A stretch of DNA of 64,000 nt, taken from the NCBI GenBank assembly GCA_028714455.1, contig JAQTMG010000001.1, positions 568-64,567 of the forward strand. The letters are read 5' to 3'. The position numbers and the translations under genes are program-made. This DNA is from Patescibacteria group bacterium. GTDB lineage: Bacteria; Patescibacteriota; Patescibacteriia; CAIXNZ01. The notes under the pieces are model-generated. The model had not been told where the DNA came from. It made no database searches and saw only the letters and a program-made list of their open reading frames with translations. Shown piece by piece: positions 20,796 to 29,774 of the stretch; the stretch's first letter is position 1; each line of letters opens with the position of its first letter.

Positions 20796-21563
20796 ATGGG
20801 AAAGGAAACGAGAGGCGAGGCTATGTCAAGGATACTGGAAAGATATTCGGGCAAAAAAATCGAATGGGCGCTCAAGGATTGCATCCAATCCGTGTTGGAC
20901 AAGAAAGATAACTACCTTAGGCAAATCGTCCAACGTATGTGCGGGCCTGACATTAACACGGTCTCCGAAATAACATTGGCCATATTTATCTTGGACGTTG
21001 CCAACAGAAAAGAGTGGCTGGATCTTTTGATGCGGATACTTGAATCTGAAGATGGCTCGATTTTCATAGAAATGAATCTTGAACACATCAGCCAGAACTT
21101 TTATTTCGGGGTATGTCTGGGCATATTTAAGATCGCTAACGAACTGACAGAACATCATGCCAATAAAGAAGAGGATGATTTTTTAATCGCCATACCTGAA
21201 ATAATCTACGAGATAATTACTTCTCATGGTTGTCTTCTTAACAAGACACGACGTGTACTTTCAAACATAAACAGCTGCTTTTCGCCTGGAGAGAGCAACG
21301 AGTTCAGAAGCGCTCTGACAAAGGAAATCTATAGGTATATGCGGTGGTATAGGCAATATAAAGATGAGGGGGGATTGATACAAAGTAAGATGGACCCGCG
21401 AAGAATCATGGAAAAAATGGGAAACCCTGACAAGCTCTGGAGAGAGGTAGACAAGTACAACATCGGAGGTTTAATCCTGGACCAAATCTGCTATGCCATC
21501 TTTGGGGATTCAGATCTCGAAGAGCGCGTGCAGGCGATTCACTGTCTGGTCATGCATAAGTAA
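20796..21563 (+). CDS. hypothetical protein
   Basis: AAGGAGG SD before ATG 20796 (MGKETRGE); own terminator. Confidence 0.7.
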   Translation: MGKETRGEAMSRILERYSGKKIEWALKDCIQSVLDKKDNYLRQIVQRMCGPDINTVSEITLAIFILDVANRKEWLDLLMRILESEDGSIFIEMNLEHISQNFYFGVCLGIFKIANELTEHHANKEEDDFLIAIPEIIYEIITSHGCLLNKTRRVLSNINSCFSPGESNEFRSALTKEIYRYMRWYRQYKDEGGLIQSKMDPRRIMEKMGNPDKLWREVDKYNIGGLILDQICYAIFGDSDLEERVQAIHCLVMHK

Positions 21564-21620
21564 AAAACGCCAAGAGGCGATCAGCTGATCGCCTCTTTTC
21601 TATTTATAACAATTTGTAAC

Positions 21621-23855
21621 TTAATATCTTTTTCTGCCAAAACCACCATGGCCGCCGCGGCCGCCTCGATCTTCTCTTGGTCGGCGCGGACCTCGGTCGT
21701 CAAAACCGCCGCCTGGAGCTGGGACTGGTTTTTTGCCGCCTTCGATCAGAGAAAGATTGACTCGGCCCTGTGAATCAATTTCATCAACTTTAACTTTTAC
21801 CTCATCGCCGAGGTTCAGGACATCTGTAACTCTGGCGATTCTAAACGGCGCCATTTTTGAAATATGAATCATGCCGTCTTTGCCAGGCAAGACCTCCACA
21901 AAAGCGCCAAAGTCCATGATGCGCACAACTTTGCCATTATAAATTTCACCAACCTCAACCTCTTTCACAATATCCTTAATCCACATGACGGCTCTGGTTG
22001 CCATTTCAGAATTATTGGAAGTGACCATAACCTGACCGGTTTGTTCAACATCTATTGTTACGCCTGTCTCATCAATAATTTTATTGATCATCTTGCCGCC
22101 TGGGCCAATAACATCCTTGATTTTTTCAGGGTCGATAAAGAAACTGGTAATACGCGGCGCAAATGGCGATAAATCAGGTCTTGGTTTATCAATAACTTTG
22201 GACATCTCTTCAAGCACCTGGTTCAAAGCCTTTCTGCCCTGGCTCAAAGTTTCTTCAACCATTTTAATTGTTAAACCATCTGACTTGGTATCCATTTGAA
22301 TAGCTGTAATACCGTCTTTGGTGCCAGTGATTTTGAAATCCATGCCACCCGGACCATCTTCAAGATCTTGAAGATCGGTAATAATCTTGTATTTGCCGCT
22401 GCCATCAGTAGCTAAACCGAGAGCAATGCCAGCGACTGGATTTTTTATTGGCACGCCAGCATCCATCAGAGCCAGAGTTGAACCGCAAGTAGAAGCCATT
22501 GAGCTGGAACCATTTGAGCCCAGCGTTTCAGAAACAACTCGGATCGTATATGGAAAATTTTCTTTACTTGGTAAAACCGAAACCAAGGCTTTTTCAGCTA
22601 AGGCGCCGTGGCCAATTTCTCGACGACCCAATCCACGCATTGGCTTTACTTCTGCGACAGCAAAGGGCGCGAATGTATAATGATGCATGTATCTTTTTTC
22701 ACCGACTTCTTCCATACTTTCCAGAACCTGCGCTTCACCTGGCCCGGCCAAAGTCACGACCGAGAGAACCTGGGTTTCGCCTCTCTGAAATAAACCGCTG
22801 CCATGCAGGCGTTTAAAAATTCCTACCTCAAATGAAAGCGGCCTTATCTGATCAACTTTGCGTCCATCAACGCGAGCGCCAGTTTCCACAATGGCAGCTG
22901 AAGTTTTTTGCTCAATCATTTTTACCGACTCGATAATAACCTGATCAATCAACTCATCCTCATAACCTTTTTCAGTCAGCATCTTATGAAGTTCATTGGT
23001 CAATTCGTGCAAACCGTGTTTGCGTAATGCTTTGGTTGGCCGAACTTCATCAAGCAAATATGGCTTAACTTTTTCGCTGACAAATTTTTCAGCGATATCA
23101 AGCATTTCTTTTCTAATTTTCAATGTCTCTTCTGTTTCGTGAGGCATTAAATCCAAAACATTTAATTTATCCCTGCCTGCTTCTCTGACAACTTCATTGA
23201 TTAATCCAACAATGTCGCCCAGGGCTTTTTGGCCAAATTTAAAGGCCTCAAAAACGGTCTTATCTGGTACCTGTTTGGCTTCGGCTTCGATCATAATGAT
23301 TTTGTCTTTTGTGCCAGCCAATGTCAGTTCCAAATCACCTTCATTCAATTGAGCTACGGTTGGGTTCAAAATAAACTCGCCGTCTTTTTGGCCGATATTA
23401 ATTCCAGCCAACGGACCATTCCAGGGAATATTAGAAATAGCCAGTGCGGCTGAAGCAGCAATCAAGCCAACAATCTTTGATGGATTTTCTCCATCAACTG
23501 AAAGCACGGTCAAAATAACCTGCACTTCATTTCTAATCTCTTCGTTAAAAAGAGGTCTAATGGCGCGATCAATCATGCGTCCGTTTAATACTGCTTCATC
23601 GCCAGGTCTAGTATCTCTTTTAATAAACTTAGAACCTTTGATGCGACCTGCCGCATAAAGTCGTTCTTCAAATTCCACGGTCAATGGGAAGAAATCAATG
23701 CCCTCTCTAGTTTCCCGCGAAATTACGGCCGTAGCCAAAACAACCGTATCGCCATATGATACGGTCACGCTGCCATTGGCCTGATTAGCCAATTTGCCTG
23801 TCTCTATTTTGAGAGTCCGGCCAGCGATTTCCTTTTCAAATCGTAAAACTTCCAT
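21621..23855 (-). CDS. pnp: polyribonucleotide nucleotidyltransferase
   Basis: DFFPLTV.FEERLYAAGRI, RREIGHGALAE, SNGSSSMA, KH and S1 domains; start set at MEVLRFEK. Confidence 0.97.
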   Translation of the reverse strand: MEVLRFEKEIAGRTLKIETGKLANQANGSVTVSYGDTVVLATAVISRETREGIDFFPLTVEFEERLYAAGRIKGSKFIKRDTRPGDEAVLNGRMIDRAIRPLFNEEIRNEVQVILTVLSVDGENPSKIVGLIAASAALAISNIPWNGPLAGINIGQKDGEFILNPTVAQLNEGDLELTLAGTKDKIIMIEAEAKQVPDKTVFEAFKFGQKALGDIVGLINEVVREAGRDKLNVLDLMPHETEETLKIRKEMLDIAEKFVSEKVKPYLLDEVRPTKALRKHGLHELTNELHKMLTEKGYEDELIDQVIIESVKMIEQKTSAAIVETGARVDGRKVDQIRPLSFEVGIFKRLHGSGLFQRGETQVLSVVTLAGPGEAQVLESMEEVGEKRYMHHYTFAPFAVAEVKPMRGLGRREIGHGALAEKALVSVLPSKENFPYTIRVVSETLGSNGSSSMASTCGSTLALMDAGVPIKNPVAGIALGLATDGSGKYKIITDLQDLEDGPGGMDFKITGTKDGITAIQMDTKSDGLTIKMVEETLSQGRKALNQVLEEMSKVIDKPRPDLSPFAPRITSFFIDPEKIKDVIGPGGKMINKIIDETGVTIDVEQTGQVMVTSNNSEMATRAVMWIKDIVKEVEVGEIYNGKVVRIMDFGAFVEVLPGKDGMIHISKMAPFRIARVTDVLNLGDEVKVKVDEIDSQGRVNLSLIEGGKKPVPAPGGGFDDRGPRRPREDRGGRGGHGGFGRKRY

Positions 23856-23940
23856 AAGTTTTCCTTTCTTGCTGGCCAACATACTTCTGAATTGTTTGTG
23901 AAAAACAATTTCAGCTTGTCTGCCGGTCAGCTTATAATAA

Positions 23941-24621
23941 TTATTTTATAAATTTAAAGCTTTTTTCCATTTCGGGGTCATATCCCACAATAGTCATGCC
24001 AGTTGAATCTAATAATTCTGCACTTTTTGAAAATGAATAATCCATTCCCATATTCCATGTTGCAACTTTTTTGACTCCAGGATTATAAATAAAGCCCATT
24101 GCCCAATTGATATAGCATTTTGATTCATCTAGATCTTTCCCATCGTACTTGTAAGTTACATCAAAGTCATCATTACCTCTGGGTATCAATTTTTCTATCT
24201 CACAAGTATCATAAAAATTTTCTTTAAAAATATTTTGCAGCTGATCAAGCGTTTCCACATTTTGATAAATACTTATTTCCCAGATACCGTCCCAGTATTT
24301 AAATTCGCCATTGCAAAAATGACCAATTGCTATTTTATTGCCGATTTCTTCAACTCTTACTTCGGCCATACCGTCATATTTGCACTGCCATTCCCATGTG
24401 CGCGATTCTTCGGGCAAATCAATAGAAAATCCTAATTTATTATTAACATATCTTTGCCAGCCATTTCCTAGCTTAATTATTTGAGTTTCTGGTTTAACTG
24501 AATTATCATCTGATTTGGCGAATTGTATTTTAGGTAATAAATTGGTAAAAAAATAATATCCAAATATGCCAATCAAAATAACAATTATTAAAATTGCGCG
24601 ATAAATATTTACTTTTTTCAT
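23941..24621 (-). CDS. membrane-anchored hypothetical protein
   Basis: N-terminal TM; WQRYVNNKLGFSIDLP resembles the PsbP-like N-terminus common in such proteins. Confidence 0.75.
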   Translation of the reverse strand: MKKVNIYRAILIIVILIGIFGYYFFTNLLPKIQFAKSDDNSVKPETQIIKLGNGWQRYVNNKLGFSIDLPEESRTWEWQCKYDGMAEVRVEEIGNKIAIGHFCNGEFKYWDGIWEISIYQNVETLDQLQNIFKENFYDTCEIEKLIPRGNDDFDVTYKYDGKDLDESKCYINWAMGFIYNPGVKKVATWNMGMDYSFSKSAELLDSTGMTIVGYDPEMEKSFKFIK

Positions 24622-24630
24622 AAAACAAAT

Positions 24631-25149
24631 TTATCTTCTTCTTTTACCTGTAGTCATCAGATACTTACTCGGACTTGCTCCCAAATCAGTGTAATCATCA
24701 GCTACTTCAATAAGCTTGCTTGATGTACTCTTGGCAAAAGATATCACTTCAACAAGACAACCTTTATTTTCTCGCAAATAATTAACGAGCGAAATAAAAT
24801 CGCCATCGCCAGTCACCAAAACAACTACATCTAATTTGTCAGCCATTTTAATGGCATCAACGGCCATGCCTACGTCCCAGTCGGCCTTCTTGGCGCCGCC
24901 TGGAAAAATCTGCAAGTCCTTTACTTTAACTTCAAAACCCTGTTTCTCCAGTGTCTCCAAAAACTTTTTTTCTTCTCCACTTGGAGAAATGATAGCGTAA
25001 ACAACCGCTCTAATTAATTTTCTGCCAAAAACTGCGGTTTTCAAAAGTTCCTGAAAATTAACATTGGCCTTGTACAAATTCTTGGCCGAGTGATACATGT
25101 TTTGGACGTCGACGAAAATGCCGACTCTTTGTTCTTTGTGTTTTATCAT
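24631..25149 (-). CDS. NYN (LabA/DUF88) domain protein
   Basis: IFVDVQNMY, KADWDVGMAVD, LVTGDGDF. Confidence 0.93.
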   Translation of the reverse strand: MIKHKEQRVGIFVDVQNMYHSAKNLYKANVNFQELLKTAVFGRKLIRAVVYAIISPSGEEKKFLETLEKQGFEVKVKDLQIFPGGAKKADWDVGMAVDAIKMADKLDVVVLVTGDGDFISLVNYLRENKGCLVEVISFAKSTSSKLIEVADDYTDLGASPSKYLMTTGKRRR

Positions 25150-25235
25150 ATTTTTACTGCTTTGAGCTTAGAGCTCTGAGCTCAGGGCTCATAGCCCATT
25201 ACCAAACTAAAACCCCGGCGGGCGGGGTTTTAGTG

Positions 25236-25511
25236 TTATTCTGCGACTTTAAGTTTTAAACTTTTTAATAGTTTTTCGTAACCTTCTAAATTTTCCCTCT
25301 TCAGATAAGTCATTAATTTTTTTCTCTCCTGGACTTTTTTTATCAAGCCAAGGCGAGATGAATAATCATGCTTGTGATTTTTCATGTGTTCGGTCAACGA
25401 TTTAATTTCCTGCGTCAGAATCGCGATCTGCACCTCGGCCGAACCAGTGTCCTTGTCGTGCAGCCGAAACTTTTTAATAATTTTGTCCTTCTCTTCCTTT
25501 GTTAATGCCAT
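25236..25511 (-). CDS. rpsO: 30S ribosomal protein S15
   Basis: HDKDTGSAEVQIAILT..I..LTEH...HKHDYSSRLGL; start MALTKEEK. Confidence 0.97.
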   Translation of the reverse strand: MALTKEEKDKIIKKFRLHDKDTGSAEVQIAILTQEIKSLTEHMKNHKHDYSSRLGLIKKVQERKKLMTYLKRENLEGYEKLLKSLKLKVAE

Positions 25512-25765
25512 AAAGCATCCTTTCAATTGCGCTTATCCAAGATAGATTTGGCAAATCTAACCGAGAAAACGCCTTACTTTGTTAATTATTAGCATAATAA
25601 CACTCAAAAGTAATGATGTCAAGGCAAGGTAAGATACTAATATACTAATACTATACTAATTTACGAATTTTCTTCCCTGGACAATTCGTATATTCGTAAC
25701 TCTAAAAATTTGTTAAACTCAATTAAGTATTGACGTGTTTCTATTAATTTGTTTAAATGCGAACA

Positions 25766-25986
25766 AGCGTAGAAACAGTACGGCGACTCGTGCCCATCTA
25801 AACACGAGGAAAGGGTTCGACTCCCTTTGACTGGCTTTACAAGGAGCTTTTATCTGCCGAGAATAGTTGGGAGGCAATGAATCCCGGTTTTCGGACTGGG
25901 TGGAGCCGAATCTGGAATACCAACCGGATAAAAGACCTTGGCAAGTTCTGCGCTAGGGGGAGAGTGCCACAACCTCTCCCTTTTTT
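25766..25986 (+). ncRNA. candidate structured ncRNA (~190 nt plus terminator)
   Basis: TTGACG promoter at 25730, closing stem AGCGTAGAA/TTCTGCGCT, internal T-loop hairpin AAAGGG-TTCGACT-CCCTTT, terminator GGGAGAG/CTCTCCC-T6. Confidence 0.55.
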
Positions 25987-26156
25987 CTTTTCTAAAAATT
26001 TGTCAAAATTGCTTAAGTGTCGTAAAATAATGACTATAAGATAATAAGAGCTACAAGAGCTAAATGCCCATAGGCCTAAATGTTTCTCTCGGCCTATTAG
26101 CCTATAGTTCTTCTAGTCGTATAGCTCTTATAGCTCCTATATAACAAAGAGTTTAA

Positions 26157-27101
26157 ATGGAAAAATCAAAGTTACAAAATTTAATCCGCGAGTTTCTCGA
26201 ATATCTCGAGATCGAAAAAGGCCGTTCCCGGATGACCATCAGAAATTATGAATTTTATTTACTGCGTTTTTTAACTTGGTCAAATTTTAAAAATCCAGAA
26301 CAAATCACCAGCGACACGGTGCGCAATTATCGGCTCTGGTTAAATCGCCAGAAAGATTCGACTGGACAATTTTTAAAGAAAAATACGCAAAACTATCACT
26401 TAATCGCCTTGCGCGCCTTTTTAAAATATCTGGCTAAGCGCGATATTAAGACTTTGCCGCCGGAAAAAATTGAATTAGCCAAAATGCCAGACCGCCAGAT
26501 TGAATTTTTAGAAGGTTTTGATTTGGAAAACTTTATGGAAGCGCCAATGAAAGTTGAAGAACCGGAAATAATAAGATTGCGTGACAAATCAATTTTAGAA
26601 ACCTTGTTTTCAACCGGACTTCGTGTGTCAGAACTTTCCAATTTAAAAAAAGAGGTTGTTAATTTAAATAAAGATGAATTCACGGTCCGCGGCAAGGGTT
26701 CAAAGCTGCGCGTTGTTTTTCTTTCCAACCAAGCTAAATATTGGCTGAAAAAATATCTGGAAGCGCGAAAAGACATGTCGCAATTTCTATTTACCAATCA
26801 CGACAAAGCCGGTAACAAAAGAAATAAAAAGGGTGATGACAAACCTTTGACGCCGCGCAGTATTCAAAGAATCGTGGAAAAATATGCCAAGGTCGCGGGC
26901 ATCACCAAAAAAATCACGCCCCATGTCCTGCGACATTCTTTTGCCACTGATTTATTAATCAACGGCGCGGATATTCGTTCTGTCCAATCAATGCTGGGCC
27001 ATTCCAGCATCACCACGACTCAAATTTATACGCACATTACAGACAGGCAACTACGCGAAGTGTATAAAAATTTTCACGGCAAGAGAAGAAGAAAGGAATA
27101 A
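26157..27101 (+). CDS. XerC/XerD-like tyrosine recombinase
   Basis: RDKSILETLFSTGLRVSEL, VRGKGSK, HVLRHSFATDLL, LGHSSITTTQIYTH. Confidence 0.93.
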   Translation: MEKSKLQNLIREFLEYLEIEKGRSRMTIRNYEFYLLRFLTWSNFKNPEQITSDTVRNYRLWLNRQKDSTGQFLKKNTQNYHLIALRAFLKYLAKRDIKTLPPEKIELAKMPDRQIEFLEGFDLENFMEAPMKVEEPEIIRLRDKSILETLFSTGLRVSELSNLKKEVVNLNKDEFTVRGKGSKLRVVFLSNQAKYWLKKYLEARKDMSQFLFTNHDKAGNKRNKKGDDKPLTPRSIQRIVEKYAKVAGITKKITPHVLRHSFATDLLINGADIRSVQSMLGHSSITTTQIYTHITDRQLREVYKNFHGKRRRKE

Positions 27102-27159
27102 TACAATCTATCACATAATACAGACCGTACCCTGGGGTGCGGTTTTTTAAAAAAGAAAA

Positions 27160-27192
27160 ACCCCTCACCTTTTCTTTGAAAAGGTGAGGGGT
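27160..27192 (-). terminator. intrinsic terminator of the TR-like unit
   Basis: ACCCCTCACCTTTT/AAAAGGTGAGGGGT stem with U tract on minus strand. Confidence 0.8.
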
Positions 27193-27207
27193 AAGTGTTC
27201 AAATACC

Positions 27208-27357
27208 TTACTTGCGAATGGCCAGGAACCGCCAACTGCCAAGCCACTTACTGTCAACATTGTTCCAGTAGAGGTTGAGCTTGCGCTTGCCATCATTGAA
27301 GACCAGGCACGGACAGTTACGATTGCCGTTGTCATTGACCCAGACCGAGCCGAGATT
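27208..27357 (-). repeat. DGR template-repeat-like copy
   Basis: 150-nt ungapped match to the 3' end of 27682-28296; AAY-rich; by hand 33 mismatches, 20 at adenines of this copy. Confidence 0.8.
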
Positions 27358-27681
27358 ATACAGAATACCGCCAAAGCCACTGCCCATTGAGTACTCTCTG
27401 GACTGTATTTTATGCGGGAGCATCCTCCCTTGATATTCTGTACCAAGTATTTTCATTTTTAGAAATACCAAATGTATGCTAAGCCAAGACGTGTCCTGAC
27501 CTATTCTAACGAATTTAGTATTCTAGATTTCAACCGCCCAAAGCCGTGACCGTGGGCTGATTCGTTTACTATCCATAAAAAATTATAGCACAAAAAAAAC
27601 ACCGCGCAGATATTATCCACGCGGTGATATGATTTGCAAGTGTCCAAGTGCCAAGAGCTCAAGGTTCCAAGAATCCAAGAA

Positions 27682-28296
27682 CTACTTGCGGACGGCCAAG
27701 AAACGGCAACAGGCACCCCAATGACCGTCACCACCGAACCAATAGAGGAAGAGCTTGCGCTCGCCATCAGTGAAGTTCAGGTACGGACAGCTACGATTGC
27801 CGAAGGCATCGACCCAGACCGAGCCGAGAGCGACGATCGGAAACTCCCGTTGAACATCCGGGTTGGCCGCTCCAAAGGCGAGCAGGTGTTCAATGCTAGC
27901 CGGCTTAAGACCCAGACCGTCAAGATGCGCCAGCGCTTCTTTGGTCGTAGCGTCTTTGTTGAGATGAACCAGAACCAATTCGGCTTCTTGCTGACCGACG
28001 CCCTGGACAGGAAAGTGCTTGTCGCTGATGTCGTCATTGACCCAGGCATATTTGCCGAGCTTGATCATCTCGGTGAGCGTCTTGCCGTAGTCCACGACCA
28101 CTCTGTAGGTGTCGCTGGCTTTTTGCCGGCCGAACATGATCAGTTCGGCAACCTGCTTGACCAACTTGCTGTCAGTGAGCAGGCGGTGCAGATCGTCGTC
28201 GCCGCCGCCCAATTCCAGGACGGCATTTGTGATCGCTTGCATTATGGACCACATTTTGCCGGCGGCCTTCAAAAACTCGCTTTTCTTTCTTGCCAT
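27682..28296 (-). CDS. putative DGR target protein with C-terminal variable region (27682-27831)
   Basis: AAGGAGG SD before MARKKSEF; C-terminus FPIVALGSVWVD..GNR.CPYL....ERKL.L.W....W...CRFLAVRK resembles CPR DGR targets as I recall them; adjacent A-rich repeat. Confidence 0.8.
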   Translation of the reverse strand: MARKKSEFLKAAGKMWSIMQAITNAVLELGGGDDDLHRLLTDSKLVKQVAELIMFGRQKASDTYRVVVDYGKTLTEMIKLGKYAWVNDDISDKHFPVQGVGQQEAELVLVHLNKDATTKEALAHLDGLGLKPASIEHLLAFGAANPDVQREFPIVALGSVWVDAFGNRSCPYLNFTDGERKLFLYWFGGDGHWGACCRFLAVRK

Positions 28297-28645
28297 TGTC
28301 AAATCCTCCTTTGTCGCGCTTAGCGACTCCAGTGGCTTGCCCCTTGCTTTGACTTTCAAGGCCTAAGGCTTGCCAAGTATGCTTTCATACTATCATACTT
28401 TTATAATTTTGTCAATGATAACGATTCAAAAATTAGCTAATATTAAATAAATAAATTTTTTAGCTATCTTTAGACAATAAATCCAGGCAAAGTTGACTAA
28501 GACCAAAATTTTTGCTAAACTATATTATAATATAGCTCTGGGCTCGGAGCTTTGAGCTTAGAGCTTTTTAAATAAAACATTCTAAAATTGTTCCGAAGGG
28601 ATGCCTTTGGCATAAATTGTAAATTGAGAATTGTAAATTGTTTCA

Positions 28646-28711
28646 GACTCCGTAGTTTCCGCCAGAGGCGGACCACGAATCGAGCTTTGCTCTGGTTCGT
28701 GGCAATGGATA
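28646..28711 (+). pseudogene. 5' tRNA-Arg fragment interrupted by a 45-bp double hairpin
   Basis: GACTCCGTAGTT|insert 28658-28702|CAATGGATA versus intact GTCCTCGTAGTTCAATGGATA. Confidence 0.8.
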
Positions 28712-28728
28712 TCAAAAAATTAACACCT

Positions 28729-28800
28729 GTCCTCGTAGTTCAATGGATAGAACAAGAGCCTTCTAAGCTCTGGATTGGGGTTCGATTCCTCACGGGGACA
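28729..28800 (+). tRNA. tRNA-Arg(TCT)
   Basis: Cloverleaf, AGAGC-CTTCTAA-GCTCT anticodon arm, GGTTCGATTCC. Confidence 0.93.
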
Positions 28801-28805
28801 TCAGT

Positions 28806-28857
28806 GGTTCTCGGCCAAAGGCTGATCCGCCTCTGGCGGAGATTCCTGGCGGGGTCA
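28806..28857 (+). pseudogene. 3' tRNA fragment interrupted in the T loop by a 30-bp double hairpin
   Basis: GGTTC|TCGGCCAAAGGCTGATCCGCCTCTGGCGGA|GATTCCTGGCGGGGTCA. Confidence 0.7.
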
Positions 28858-28906
28858 TAAGGAGATTCGAGTTTCGTGCAAGAGCAAGAGAAATAAAAAT
28901 AAAAAT

Positions 28907-29251
28907 ATGTTTGATTTTGAAAAACTTGAAGTTTATAAAAAAGCCAAAAATATAAATGTTGAAATTTCGGAATTTTTAAAATCTGCAAATGTAGATATTT
29001 TCCTGAATAATCAGTTGAAAAGAGCTTCGTTAAGCATATTATTGAATATTGCGGAAGGTAGCGGTAGATCAACAAAAAGAGATAAAAGAAATTTTTTTGT
29101 CATTGCTCGCGGTTCGGTCTTTGAGTGCACTTCAATTTTTGATCTATTATTCACAGAGAAAGAAATTGAAATTGAAAAATATAATTATTTTTACAATCAG
29201 CTTGAAGAGATTTCAAAAATGCTATACGGTCTAATCAAAACTCATGAATAA
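28907..29251 (+). CDS. four-helix bundle protein (23S rRNA IVS-protein family, Avd-like fold)
   Basis: FDFEKLEVYKK...QLKRASLSILLNIAEGSGR...FFVIARGSVFEC. Confidence 0.92.
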   Translation: MFDFEKLEVYKKAKNINVEISEFLKSANVDIFLNNQLKRASLSILLNIAEGSGRSTKRDKRNFFVIARGSVFECTSIFDLLFTEKEIEIEKYNYFYNQLEEISKMLYGLIKTHE

Positions 29252-29288
29252 ACTCTTGCTCGTATCTCTCGTCTCTTGCTGATATCAT

Positions 29289-29360
29289 GGCGGGTATAGT
29301 TTAACGGTAGAACAGCGGGTTGTGGTCCCGTTGGCCTGGGTTCAACTCCCAGTACTCGCC
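29289..29360 (+). tRNA. tRNA-His(GTG)
   Basis: G-1, GCGGGTA/TACTCGC stem, TTGTGGT anticodon loop. Confidence 0.92.
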
Positions 29361-29444
29361 CTGTACAATTCACCTCTAAGGAAAAAAGAGTCGAATTTCC
29401 GACGGGGATAAAGTTTTGACAATTTAATTCACTTATCAAAAAAC

Positions 29445-29645
29445 ATGAACGGAAAAATCAAAAGATTGACTGATAAAGGTTTTGGCTTCATCGCTTCCGA
29501 TGAAACTCCAGACAAAGATGTCTTCTTCCATTCCAGCGCGCTGGTCGGAGTCGGTTTCGCCGACTTGAGAGAAGGCGACGCCGTGACATTTGACACCGAG
29601 GATTCGGAAAAAGGTCCTCGCGCCGTCAACGTGAAACGCGTCTAA
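29445..29645 (+). CDS. cold-shock protein
   Basis: KGFGFI, DVFFHSS, KGPRAVNV. Confidence 0.95.
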   Translation: MNGKIKRLTDKGFGFIASDETPDKDVFFHSSALVGVGFADLREGDAVTFDTEDSEKGPRAVNVKRV

Positions 29646-29774
29646 GATTATCGTCAAATGTAAAACCTCCCGCATTTATACGGGAGGTTTTATAGTAAAA
29701 AAATCGGCACATTCTCTAATTTTTTTATTTTGAATAGTTTGCTATAATTTAAATGTTAAATATTAAATAAATCT

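Noticed and set aside
25766-25986. tRNA, tmRNA or RNase P call from GGGTTCGACTCCC and GAGGAAAG
   Set aside because: No cloverleaf, no tmRNA-type ends, and no GAGGAAAGTCC/AAC P4 pairing visible.
26157-27101. Tyrosine recombinase as a prophage or island integrase
   Set aside because: It looks like housekeeping XerC/D; no phage genes or att pair were seen.
27208-27471. 87-aa ORF as a second DGR target gene
   Set aside because: It has no SD or convincing start, similarity is limited to the 150-nt repeat, and the upstream part is better explained as structured RNA.
27634-28323. 229-aa plus-strand ORF (and 27184-27390)
   Set aside because: These are antisense shadows of the SD-led minus-strand gene and its repeat.
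28907-29251. Four-helix bundle gene as the DGR accessory Avd
   Set aside because: The sequence fits the generic IVS-protein family. It is on the opposite strand, separated from the cassette by a tRNA and has its own repeat flanks, so the link is unproven.
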